Both the position numbers and the translations under genes were made by a program. The notes beneath the pieces are model-generated. The model saw nothing but the letters and a program-made list of their open reading frames with translations. It searched no databases and was not told the origin of the DNA. Shown piece by piece: positions 20,528-30,020 of a stretch of DNA of 64,000 nucleotides; the stretch's first letter is position 1, and each line of letters opens with the position of its first letter. The DNA is from Limnothrix sp. BL-A-16 (GTDB lineage Bacteria > Cyanobacteriota > Cyanobacteriia > CACIAM-69d), in NCBI GenBank assembly GCA_041937175.2, contig CP166615.1, positions 2,336,001 to 2,400,000 of the forward strand, in the 5' to 3' direction.

Positions 20528-22819
20528 ATGGTCATCACCAGCAGTCGAGATGAGATCGCTTGGCAACAGTTACGGGATGGTTTGCGGCCGGGCCAGCGGG
20601 AAATTGCCGATTGGACGGGCGGGCCCTTGGCGGTTTCGGCGGTACCGGGTGCGGGCAAGTCCACGGGCATGGCCCGAGCGGCGGCCCTGACGATCGCCCG
20701 GTTTCAGTTGGACGCGCGCCGCCAACTGGCCGTGGTGACCTTTACTCGATCGGCAGCGGCCCACCTGAAGGCCAAAATTCGCGAATCTCTGCAAACATTG
20801 GGCCTCCCGCGCCAGGGCTTCACGGTGCAAACCCTCCATGGCTTGGCCTTGCAAATTGCCGGACGCAATCCGGAACTGTCGGGCATGGAGCGCGATCGCA
20901 CCCTGGTGTCTCCCGATCGCCAGCACCGACTAATTGCCAATGCCGTTGATGATTGGATTACCCAAAACCCGGCCCTCTACGGGCTGTTGCTGGAGGGGTT
21001 GGAATTTGACGGGGAAGAGGCGGAACGGTTGCGGCGACTGTCCGTGTTGCGAACGGATTTGTTGCCGGAGTTGATGTTAACGGTGGTACGCGAGGCCAAA
21101 AGCTCGGGCCTGAAGCCCGCAGATTTGCAGCAAATGGGCCAAGCGCCGGAGCTGGCCACCGATCGCTATCCAGGTTTGGCGATCGCGGCGGGTCTCTACG
21201 AAGCCTATGAAGCCCAACTGCAACGGCGCAATGCGATCGACTATGACGACATGATTTTGGCGGCCTTGCGGGTTTTGGCGGATCCGGAGGCGGCGAACCT
21301 ATGGCGATCGCGCATTTTTGCGGTGTTTGAGGACGAAGCGCAGGACTCCTCACCCCTGCAAGCGCGACTGTTGGAACAGTTGGCGATCGACCCGGCCACG
21401 AACGCGGTGAACCTGGTGCGGGTGGGCGATCCCAATCAGGCGATTAACTCCTCCTTCACGCCGGCCGACCCGGTGTTCTTTCGGCGGTTTTGCCAAGCCT
21501 GTCGATCGCAGGGGCGGTTTGCCCAAATGGATCGATCAGGACGCAGCAGCTTGATCATTCTGGAAGCGGCCAACGTCCTGGTGCAGTGGACGAACGATCG
21601 GGAATTTCCCCGCCTCACCCAACAGATGGGCGCGCGATCGGCCCTGCCGCCCTTTGAGTTGCAATGCATTCAAGCGGCAGAACCCAACGATCCCCAGCCG
21701 AACGCCAACCCAACGCCGATCGGATTGGGGCTGGAGTTGGTGCGTCCCGCCGATATTCACCAGTCGATCGCTCAAATTGGCCAACGGGCGATCGACCTGT
21801 GGGCCAAGACCCCCGATCTCAGCTTGGCGATTTTGGTGCGCACCAATGATCAGGGGCGCTGGGTGGCCAAATCCTTGGGCGATCGATTTGGCGATCGGCT
21901 CAATCTTTACGAAGTGGGAGCCAGCGATCGCCAATCCCACGTACCTGGGGAAATGTTGACCCTGCTGCAATTTCTCGATCGGCCCCACTCGCCCCAATAC
22001 CTGAAGGCCCTGCTGCGGGTTTTGGTCGATCGACAACGAATCCCCACCCAAGACCTGGACAGCCTGGCCGCCCAGCCCGAACAGTTTCTTTATCCGGGGC
22101 CGTTGGATCCACCCTTAGCAGACTCAGCCCGCCAGGCCCGGCGGATTTGTGCCGGCATTTTGGCCGCCCGGTTGCATTTGCCCCACTACGCTCTCCTGTC
22201 CTTTTTGGCCATGACCTTGGGCTACGATCGCGCCGAGCTGGCCACCACCGACAAATTAATCGAAACCCTCGTGCAGCGCGATCGGGGTGACCAACGGCTA
22301 GAAACCACCTTGAACAACCTCGCTGAAATTGTCAGCAACGAAACCTTCGCTCCCGTCGAAGCTGAGGAGTTGCCCGAGTCCCCCTACACCCGTTCCGGTC
22401 AGCTCACCATCATCACCGCCCACAAAGCCAAGGGTCTCGACTGGGATGGGGTCTTTTTGCCCTTCCTCCACAGCGACTATTTCAGCACCGAAGCGCGTGT
22501 GCCTTTGCAAATGGAGTTTTTAGGGGCATTTAACTTGGGTGATTGTTTACGGGCCCAAATTCGCGATCGGGTGCATGGAGCCGCCAAACTTCCCCCGATC
22601 GCGATCGCCACCCACCAAGCCCGTTGGTTAAAAGTGGCCGAAGAATATCGCCTGCTTTACGTGGCCATGACCCGGGCGAAGCGACTGCTGTGGATGGCGG
22701 CCGAACAACAAGCCCCCTTCACCTGGAACAAGCCCGAAAACCTCACCACCAAAACGCCCTGCCCTGCATTTTTGGCTTTGGAGGCGGACTTTCCCGAATG
22801 CAAGCGATCGGCTCCCTAG
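20528..22819 (+). CDS. UvrD/Rep-family (SF1) ATP-dependent DNA helicase
   Basis: AVPGAGKST, VTFT, DEAQD, VGDPNQAI, TAHKAKGLDW, LYVAMTRAK. Confidence 0.95.
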   Translation: MVITSSRDEIAWQQLRDGLRPGQREIADWTGGPLAVSAVPGAGKSTGMARAAALTIARFQLDARRQLAVVTFTRSAAAHLKAKIRESLQTLGLPRQGFTVQTLHGLALQIAGRNPELSGMERDRTLVSPDRQHRLIANAVDDWITQNPALYGLLLEGLEFDGEEAERLRRLSVLRTDLLPELMLTVVREAKSSGLKPADLQQMGQAPELATDRYPGLAIAAGLYEAYEAQLQRRNAIDYDDMILAALRVLADPEAANLWRSRIFAVFEDEAQDSSPLQARLLEQLAIDPATNAVNLVRVGDPNQAINSSFTPADPVFFRRFCQACRSQGRFAQMDRSGRSSLIILEAANVLVQWTNDREFPRLTQQMGARSALPPFELQCIQAAEPNDPQPNANPTPIGLGLELVRPADIHQSIAQIGQRAIDLWAKTPDLSLAILVRTNDQGRWVAKSLGDRFGDRLNLYEVGASDRQSHVPGEMLTLLQFLDRPHSPQYLKALLRVLVDRQRIPTQDLDSLAAQPEQFLYPGPLDPPLADSARQARRICAGILAARLHLPHYALLSFLAMTLGYDRAELATTDKLIETLVQRDRGDQRLETTLNNLAEIVSNETFAPVEAEELPESPYTRSGQLTIITAHKAKGLDWDGVFLPFLHSDYFSTEARVPLQMEFLGAFNLGDCLRAQIRDRVHGAAKLPPIAIATHQARWLKVAEEYRLLYVAMTRAKRLLWMAAEQQAPFTWNKPENLTTKTPCPAFLALEADFPECKRSAP

Positions 22820-22821
22820 CT

Positions 22822-22873
22822 CAACCGCAACCAACAACCGCAACCAACAACCGCAATCAACAACCGCAACCAA
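22822..22873. repeat. 13-bp tandem repeat x4 (CAACCGCAACCAA)
   Basis: Seen directly after the helicase stop codon. Confidence 0.85.
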
Positions 22874-22881
22874 TAACCTCG

Positions 22882-23011
22882 AAGGATGTCTGAGAAGTGG
22901 CTTGGGATACTTGTAAAGCGCTAGTAGTCGTGGGGCAAGGGGCTTAAGCCCCTTGTCTTCGTCGAGCAAGGTAACCCACAAGGTAGCAGCTTTGGCCGTT
23001 CAGGCATCCTC
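22882..23011. mobile_element. MITE-like family B copy (~130 bp)
   Basis: TIR AAGGATGTCTGAGAAG...GTTCAGGCATCCTC; perfect core palindrome inside; similar to the 53376 copy. Confidence 0.8.
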
Positions 23012-23227
23012 TCAACAAACAATGCAAAAGGGACTGGCCGAAACCAATCCCTTTTCCAAAAACCCTTTTCAGAGTTGTTCGCCAGAGCACTTTGCAGCAG
23101 CAAATCTAGAGAGTCTTGAGACTGGATCTAAACTCCGCTGCTTCACTCCGCCGATTTAGACTCCACCAGCATTGATCACGATTCGGCCTTGAAACCGAAT
23201 GCAACAACCAGAGCAGGAGGGGCTAAT

Positions 23228-23881
23228 TTACCACAGACCTTGAATCGGGCCCGAGGGAACCATCGGCGCGGAAGGAGCCACAAACGGACGTTGCTCAACC
23301 ACCACGTCACGGCACTGACGATCCATGCTCACGGGGGTGGCACGGCCGATGAACTGACGGCACACGGCCTTGCCGGAAGCATTCAGCACAATATCGCGCG
23401 ACAGCTCTTGGCCATCCTTGTTGTAGATGAACACTTCGTTACCAGTCAGGTCACGGATCAACACCGGGCCAGCCTTCATGCACTCTTGCACTTCGCGCGA
23501 CCAAGCTTGGAAACGCGAGTTGCAGATACCCCGGTGAATATCGAGATCTTCGAAGGTAATTTTGTTGTCGCTGTTGCAATCACCAAATTGGTGAATCTTG
23601 TAGCGATCGGTGATCGGGGTGCTGGTGGTGATGCTGCTCTCTTTCTTCATCGAGAGGTCGATCGGGAACTCAAAGCTCTTGCGCAGAGCTGCACCGGTCG
23701 GATCGGTCACCACGCGCAGGCGAGGGCCATCGTAGTAGGTTCCATAGACCACCTCTTGAGCAAGGCTTTGCTCGTGGTAGTCAACTTTGATGTGGGGGTT
23801 CAACGCAGGTGCAGCTTGGGCCACCGTAGGCACGCTAGCCGCCACCAGGGAAACCAAGCCCCAAAATGCTTTCGATTTCAT
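23228..23881 (-). CDS. Secreted hypothetical protein
   Basis: MKSKAFWGLVSLVAASVPTVAQA signal peptide; several Cys; host-like codon usage. Confidence 0.75.
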   Translation of the reverse strand: MKSKAFWGLVSLVAASVPTVAQAAPALNPHIKVDYHEQSLAQEVVYGTYYDGPRLRVVTDPTGAALRKSFEFPIDLSMKKESSITTSTPITDRYKIHQFGDCNSDNKITFEDLDIHRGICNSRFQAWSREVQECMKAGPVLIRDLTGNEVFIYNKDGQELSRDIVLNASGKAVCRQFIGRATPVSMDRQCRDVVVEQRPFVAPSAPMVPSGPIQGLW

Positions 23882-24002
23882 AGGTGCTGTGGGTCTTTCT
23901 CGTCGGTTGGAAACGAGCATACCGCTTTGGCGGCAGCCCGCAGGGTCGGTGGTGCGGAGCTTCCAATTACTCTAACAGATTGCCTGAAGTTGACCAGCTA
24001 AC

Positions 24003-24030
24003 AAAAACGGCAGGCGCGGGGCCTGCCGTT
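24003..24030 (-). terminator. Rho-independent terminator downstream of HetZ-related gene
   Basis: 10-bp stem AACGGCAGGC/GCCTGCCGTT with a U-tract on the minus strand. Confidence 0.7.
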
Positions 24031-24101
24031 GAATTTCGTCGTTACCGAAGGAGCTGAATTCCTGGGCGATCAGCCCCCAGAAGGGGAAATGAGGCGATCG
24101 C

Positions 24102-25337
24102 CTAGGCCTCTTGCAGAAGGGTCACTTCACCGTTGCGCACTTGCCAAGCAAAGGTCAGCAGCTTGAACCAGCGCTTTTGCACCTGTTTGGGGGTGCAGCC
24201 GATCGCCTTGCCAATGGTTTTTTCGTCTTTTTGAGCTTGCTTCAGTTGCACCAGTTGCTGTTGCTCGGGGGTCAGTTCCTCCCAAAACAAAGTCCACAGC
24301 GCACCGGACATCCCTAGGCGATCGCCCACATCGGCCCCGAGCCACTGGTGAACCAATTCCCAGTTGTGCATCCGGGAAAAGCGCTCCACATGATACTTAA
24401 ACCGTTGTTGCAGATAGTCGCGCTGGCGAGGGCTGAGGCCCAATACTTCGTCAATTTCCGGGGCAGACAGGTCTTGCATTTTCAGGGCCAGGTAATCCAC
24501 GCAGTCGTGGTGACCTTGGTTGCGCAGATAGTCCACCAGTTCGTTCAAGATTCGATCGCGCAGAACCGCTTCCGCTGGGTCGATCGCCTCCGAAACCATT
24601 TGCTCGCGCACTTGCTGCACGGCACTGCTGCGGGCATATTGTTCAGCCTCTTCGCCTTTGCCCCCTTCCACGGCCAATTCCATGTCGATCGCCACTTCCG
24701 GCGGTTGGCGACGGGCAAAGCTTTTCGCCCGCAGCACGATCAACTGTTGGTTGCGGCAACCGGGCAGGGAAATGCGGCGCTTGGCATATTGCTCCGCGAA
24801 GGAGAGATATTCAGCCAACTCCAGCCGGGTGCGGGGCTGGTAAGTCTCAAGCAAGTCGTTTTCCCGCCGGAAAGCCCGCAGGGATTCGATGTAAAACGCC
24901 TGCATGAAATCTTCAATCAGGGTGTAGCGAGCCTGGAAGCTCAGTTCCGCTTGGGCCGGAGCAATGTAGCGATAGACCATGGCGCTGAGGGTGCTGTGCA
25001 GTTCCACTCGGCCACGCTCGGAGCCGCGCTTATAGTAAGCCAGGCATTTTTGGAGCCGGTGACGAGCCAGGGACAGGGCCCAATCGTCCACTTGACCGGA
25101 GGCTTGGATCCGATCGCTCTTTTGGCAAACGCGGCTGACTTCGTTCAGGATGCGCTCAACCGTGGCGATCGCTCGGGTGGGCATTTGCCCCACCGAATTC
25201 ACCACCTCATCCAACAACATCTGTACTTGGGCGCTGGCATCGGCGGGGGCTGGCACAAGGCTGAGGGCAACGGTCGCGGCGGGAACGGGGCTGGAAGGGC
25301 GGCGGACTTGGGGGGCGGTGGCCAGTTGAGCGTTCAC
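24102..25337 (-). CDS. HetZ-related protein (putative DNA-binding regulator)
   Basis: GRVELHSTLSAMVYRYI, LIEDFMQAFY, LELAEY..F.EQYAKRRI.LPG..QQLIVLRA, RQRDYLQQRFKYH, WELVHQWL; GTG start after GAGG RBS. Confidence 0.85.
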   Translation of the reverse strand: MNAQLATAPQVRRPSSPVPAATVALSLVPAPADASAQVQMLLDEVVNSVGQMPTRAIATVERILNEVSRVCQKSDRIQASGQVDDWALSLARHRLQKCLAYYKRGSERGRVELHSTLSAMVYRYIAPAQAELSFQARYTLIEDFMQAFYIESLRAFRRENDLLETYQPRTRLELAEYLSFAEQYAKRRISLPGCRNQQLIVLRAKSFARRQPPEVAIDMELAVEGGKGEEAEQYARSSAVQQVREQMVSEAIDPAEAVLRDRILNELVDYLRNQGHHDCVDYLALKMQDLSAPEIDEVLGLSPRQRDYLQQRFKYHVERFSRMHNWELVHQWLGADVGDRLGMSGALWTLFWEELTPEQQQLVQLKQAQKDEKTIGKAIGCTPKQVQKRWFKLLTFAWQVRNGEVTLLQEA

Positions 25338-25895
25338 GATTCTTACCTCAGGATGCACAACACAACGGTGACGACGAAGGTTGTCGGGGAAGCGCTTGGG
25401 AGGTGCGTTTCTCTTGACAGCTTCACTCTACGGAGCTAGCCCCAGTGCCGATCGCGCGTCTGTGTCACTGGCTCGATCGCAATCGGCCCCCTGTTTCGGG
25501 GCGATCGACCATCGCAGACACCTAAAACGCCCAAGGGCAGATGGGGTAAAGCTTGTGGCGGCCTGTTTCCGAGGCTATCCAGCTTGGCAACCGCCCCTGA
25601 AACCGTCGCTTTCCTCAGCCAGTTGACCAACCGGATCGAAACAGCGCATTTTTGAGGATGGGGTTGCGGATTTGCCGGGTTGCACAATCCTCCCTGCCAA
25701 TGTTTCGGGCAAGGGGGCGAGGATCCGGATCTGCGCCGCCGAATGCTGGGGCATTCAAGCCAAGAGCCGCCCGATCGCCGTGGTTCAAAGTGTTGTGCGC
25801 TCAGAGGATGCCTGAATCGTCAAAAATTCTCCGAAATTTTCCGACCGCCTCGCAGACCCCAAACAGCAGCATTCAAAATTTCTTGAGCAATTTGC

Positions 25896-25925
25896 TTGAC
25901 AAACCCTAGCGGCGGCGATTATCTT
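25896..25925 (+). promoter_or_regulatory. Sigma70-type promoter of tRNA-Asn (TTGACA-N18-TATCTT)
   Basis: Perfect -35 and near-consensus -10 about 22 nt before the tRNA. Confidence 0.65.
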
Positions 25926-25947
25926 AGTTTCCGCGTTGGACGCGCAT

Positions 25948-26019
25948 TCCTCAGTAGCTCAGCGGTAGAGCGGTCGACTGTTAATCGATTGGTCACAGGT
26001 TCGAATCCTGTCTGGGGAG
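25948..26019 (+). tRNA. trnN: tRNA-Asn (GTT)
   Basis: Acceptor stem TCCTCAG/CTGGGGA, D-arm TAGCTCAGCGGTAGAGC, anticodon loop CTGTTAA, T-loop GTTCGAATCC; CCA not encoded. Confidence 0.97.
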
Positions 26020-26041
26020 TTTCTAAAATCTCGAATGCAGA

Positions 26042-26061
26042 CAAGGGGCTTAAGCCCCTTG
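26042..26061. repeat. Solo copy of the 20-bp palindrome CAAGGGGCTTAAGCCCCTTG
   Basis: Perfect palindrome without MITE flanks, between tRNA-Asn and a convergent gene. Confidence 0.85.
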
Positions 26062-26096
26062 CTCCGAAGTCCAGCAACCACAACGGCTAACTGGGG

Positions 26097-27038
26097 CTAA
26101 CTGGGGCGAACCTGTCGATCGCGGATCAGGTTCATGAAAAAGTCCTCCAGGGAAGGGCGCTGAAGGTTCAGGCTCAGCACTTGGGCTTGGGCCTGGTCGA
26201 TCGCCCGCAGAAACTCAGCCGGATCGCCCTTCAGCAAGCCGCGCCAGTGATCTCCCTGAAAATCCGCCTCCGTTAGCCACGACGCGATCGCCTCCGGTGA
26301 CCCCCCTCGGCCCACAACGCGATAGGTACTGCTGGGGCCCAGTAGTTCATCCAGAGATCCCACACAGAGCAACTCTCCCTGGGCCAAGATCGCCACCCGA
26401 TCGCACACTTGCTCCACATCGGAGAGGATGTGGCTGTTGAAAAAAATCGTTTTGCCGCGCTCTTTCAGAGTCAACACAATTTCCCGAAACTGATGCCGCC
26501 CGATCGGGTCAAGGCCCGACATTGGCTCATCTAGAAAAATCACCTCCGGATCATTGATCAGCGCTTGGGCCATGCCCACCCGCTGCAACATGCCTTTGGA
26601 ATATTGCTTCATCAACTTCTTGCGGGCCGCCGTTTCGGAAAGCTGCACCCAATCAAGCAGTTCCACGATGCGCTTTTGGGCAACGGCACGCGGAATTTGA
26701 AACAGGGCCGCCGCCTGCTCCAAATATTCCCAACCAGTCAGGTGGTCATAGAAATAGGCATTTTCCGGCAAATAGCCCACCCGCTGCTTCACGGCTCGAT
26801 CGCCCAAGGGCCGCCCCAGCACCGTGCCACTGCCGGCCGTGGGGTTGGCAATCCCCAGCAAAATCTTGAGCAGGGTGGTTTTGCCCGCCCCGTTGGGCCC
26901 CAACAGGCCAAAGGTCTCGCCCGATCGCACCGCCAAGGACACGCCCCGCAGGGTGGTGACCAATTGATTGAGCCAAAAACCAGTGCGGTAGGTTTTGCGA
27001 ATGTTGTGGGCTTCAACAATCCAGGATTCCAGTTCCAT
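26097..27038 (-). CDS. ABC transporter ATP-binding protein (ABC-2/exporter type)
   Basis: GPNGAGKTT, YSKGM signature, FLDEPMSGLD, NSH. Confidence 0.95.
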   Translation of the reverse strand: MELESWIVEAHNIRKTYRTGFWLNQLVTTLRGVSLAVRSGETFGLLGPNGAGKTTLLKILLGIANPTAGSGTVLGRPLGDRAVKQRVGYLPENAYFYDHLTGWEYLEQAAALFQIPRAVAQKRIVELLDWVQLSETAARKKLMKQYSKGMLQRVGMAQALINDPEVIFLDEPMSGLDPIGRHQFREIVLTLKERGKTIFFNSHILSDVEQVCDRVAILAQGELLCVGSLDELLGPSSTYRVVGRGGSPEAIASWLTEADFQGDHWRGLLKGDPAEFLRAIDQAQAQVLSLNLQRPSLEDFFMNLIRDRQVRPS

Positions 27039-27461
27039 AGCAACGCAGCAAGGTTAATGCAGCAAGATCAAAACAGTACAGGTCAAGACAATAAAGGCCG
27101 ATCGGGGCGGGATGCATTCGGCGCAGCAAGATCAATCCCGCACAGACCCATGCAGCACAGATCGATCAATGCGGACAATGCGGATCGATCACTGTGGATC
27201 GATCAATGCGGAATGCATCTGGATCCCAACTAATGCACCCATTGAGTCGCAATCCCCATTGTGCCGTTGATTCAGCCTGTAGATGTGGGTTCCGCAGCGG
27301 GCCACCGGACGATCTCCCTTGGCCCGGCGCACCTTAGACTGAAGAATGCACAAGGCCCCTGTTGGGCCCGTGACTGAGACGCTGGGACATGGATTAACCC
27401 AGCCAACTCGGTCAATTCCGAACATACCGCGAAAACATCCTGAACCTTGCGAGGAACCCCC

Positions 27462-27605
27462 ATGACCCGATCAAAGTGGGTAGCCATTGCCACTGGCGCA
27501 ATTTCGTTGCTGTTGGGGGCGATTTATCTGATTGTGGTGCAAATCCTAGACAGCCGGGAAATGGTTCCAGCGCCCATTCTGGAATGGTTGCCCATGGGTT
27601 TCTAG
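27462..27605 (+). CDS. Small single-TM protein (47 aa, MTRSKWVAIATGAISLLLGAIYLIVVQILDSREMVPAP...), absent from ORF track
   Basis: GAGG RBS, one hydrophobic helix; resembles from memory a conserved cyanobacterial small-protein family often mislabelled 'glucose-inhibited division protein A'. Confidence 0.75.
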   Translation: MTRSKWVAIATGAISLLLGAIYLIVVQILDSREMVPAPILEWLPMGF

Positions 27606-27680
27606 GACGCTTTATTCATTCAAGATTTAGTTCATTCAAAGTTCAGTTCATTCAAATCATTCAAAAATTCAACAATCATC

Positions 27681-28439
27681 ATGACTTCTGAAATGTCTTT
27701 GGAATCGCCTGTCAAGTCAGGTTCCTTACGCGATCGACTGCATCCCACCATTACCGCCGTTGCCAACGCGATCGAGCAAATTTGGCGATCAGAATTGAGC
27801 CTGGAACCCTACCAAATGCCTGAGGATTTGGGGTATGTGGAAGGAACCCTGGAAGGCGAAAAATTAATTATTGAAAATCGCTGCTACCAAACTCGCGAAT
27901 TTCGCAAAATTCACCTGGAATTGGCGCAAGTGGGCAGCGCCTTGGATATTTTGCATTGTGTCATGTTTCCGCGATCGACCTTTGCTCTGCCCATGTTTGG
28001 TTCTGATTTGGTGGCTGGGCGCGGGCAATTGAGCATGGCGATCGCGGACTTGTCACCCGTAATGGACGATCGCGCCCTGCCCAGCCCCTATGACCAAGCC
28101 CTCAGCGCCTTGCCGGAATTGGTTTTCAGCCAAGAACGAACATTCCCCAGTTGGGGCACCATTTTTTCCGCTCACTGCCTGTTTGTGCGGCCCGAAAATG
28201 CCCAGGAAGAAGCACAAATTGTGACCCGCATTGGTGATTTTTTGCGGCTGCATTGTCAACAGGCGATCGCCCTTTCTCCCACAGAAGATGCCGCTGAAAT
28301 TGCCGCCATTGAAATGGGTCAGCGGCGCTATTGCCAACAGCAACTGCAAAACGATAAAACTCGCCGCGTGTTGGAAAAAGCCTTTGGAGCCGATTGGGCC
28401 GATCGCTACATGACCACTGTTCTTTTTGATGTTGTCTAG
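27681..28439 (+). CDS. pcyA: Phycocyanobilin:ferredoxin oxidoreductase
   Basis: GYVEG.LEGEKL.IENRCYQT..FRKIHLELA, LDILHCVMFP, QNDKTRRVLEKAFG. Confidence 0.96.
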   Translation: MTSEMSLESPVKSGSLRDRLHPTITAVANAIEQIWRSELSLEPYQMPEDLGYVEGTLEGEKLIIENRCYQTREFRKIHLELAQVGSALDILHCVMFPRSTFALPMFGSDLVAGRGQLSMAIADLSPVMDDRALPSPYDQALSALPELVFSQERTFPSWGTIFSAHCLFVRPENAQEEAQIVTRIGDFLRLHCQQAIALSPTEDAAEIAAIEMGQRRYCQQQLQNDKTRRVLEKAFGADWADRYMTTVLFDVV

Positions 28440-28518
28440 ACGGTATTACACAGAGATTTAACCCGCTTTAACTGGACTAGCTGCCCTGGACTGGCTGAAA
28501 TTGATGGTTGCTGAACCA

Positions 28519-28865
28519 GAGCCTGTCGTCATTTCCTGAGATCAGGCAGAAACGATTGATTTCCCATGCCCCAACCGTCGTAACAAGGGGCTTAAGCCCC
28601 TTGTCTCCCACGATCCGCTAACGGTGGAACCAGGGTTTTGGGTTAAAAGACGACAAGCCCTAAGCCCCTTGTCTCCCACGATCCGCTAACGGTGGAACCA
28701 GGGTTTTGGGTTAAAAGACGACAAGCCCTAAGCCCCTTGTCCCTCACGATCCGCTAACGGTAGATCTAGGATTTTGGGTTAAACGACGACAAGCCCTAAA
28801 GCCCCTTGTCCTCCACGATCTGCTAACGGTGGAACCAGGGTTTCAGGTAATTTGACGACAACCCC
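28519..28865. mobile_element. Family A MITE (28519-28660, inverted) followed by three ~68-bp half-elements
   Basis: TIR GAGCCTGTCGTC...GACGACAAGCCC; then units 28661-28728, 28729-28796 and 28797-28865, each TA(A)AGCCCCTTG...GACGACAA.CCC. Confidence 0.85.
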
Positions 28866-30020
28866 CAACATTTCAGCCCCCATTTGAGCCAATCCTCCAA
28901 AACTCGGCTCCCTAAACCCATGTTTACTCCGTGCCCAGTTGCTCCCCAGCATCTGGGTTCAGTCGTTTGGGCGATCGCCTGGTTCGTCAACGGCCGGAAG
29001 CCAACCCAAAAGCCTCCCAGAAGCATGGGCTAAAGGGCAACACCACAGGAACCCGAGCGATCGAACCAGCCCCCCAACGGATTCTGGCCAGGTTGCCGGA
29101 TCGACGGGGATCAATTGGTAAAAGTAAGCGATTCATCATAACTACCCCCTAGACACCTCGTTGAATTACCCTCGCGGGTTGCTCTTTAAGGGGCCTTGAA
29201 CCAAGACTTGTTTTCTTGCTATGCCTTGGGTAAATGTGCCAACATAAGCTTCTTTTTGATCGTGGTTCTCCAGTCAAAAAAAGACCGTCATTTATTAAAA
29301 TTGAATCATTTTTCCTGAAAACCCTCTCAAAGTTCACTCAACTTAGATCAAGCCAGTAGGAGAAAAGCTCAATTTGCAGCCCATCTTAGACCGATTTAAT
29401 ACATTTCTTGAGATTTTCTTCATAAAACCGATGAATGAGTCTCTTTTTGCATTTTTTTAAAGAAAGTTCATGAAGTTTCAGGGGATCAGAGTTTTCTCAA
29501 GGGGTTTTACATTTTTTTAAATTTCCATACAGGTTGTGACAATCTTCGCCACAATACAATCAGTGTTCGTTGCTTTAAATTCTCGGAAAATCTCACAATG
29601 AACCATTAATCAAGCTTCAACCTAGCTTTCTCAATCGATTTGTAGGAGGATAATTTTACATTCAAAGCCGTTACATTCAAAGCAGCACTGAGAAATGATG
29701 AGTCGAGAACCACCCACCTTGGTTAACTCGGTAATTCTTCCCATTCCCAATCCGCTCATCCTTTAACCCAAAGACTCACAGCGATCGTGATGGATGGAGA
29801 TTAGCATCATTTCTCAATGCGTCTTTAATCTGTGGGAAATTGCTTAAAAGATACCGTTGGGTTAACCGTTGGGTTAATTGTTCTTGATTTCGACTTGATC
29901 CGATTGCGACTCAATTTCCTACTTAATCTTTTTAGACTCCTATCATTGGCATTGACCAGTGAATCTTGATTGTTTTAACAACAATCTGCGCAATGCTTTC
30001 ATTTTTCCCAGCTCTAAATC

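Noticed and set aside
25948..26100. tRNA-Asn as an integration site for an island
   Set aside because: No integrase, no duplicated tRNA 3' end seen, and flanking genes look host-like.
27287..27460. Possible 6S RNA or riboswitch
   Set aside because: Only a short terminal complementarity is visible; I could not recognise a long stem or family motif without a covariance search.
28583..28865. 68-bp periodic repeats as a CRISPR array
   Set aside because: The whole unit is homologous between copies and matches half of the dispersed family A element.
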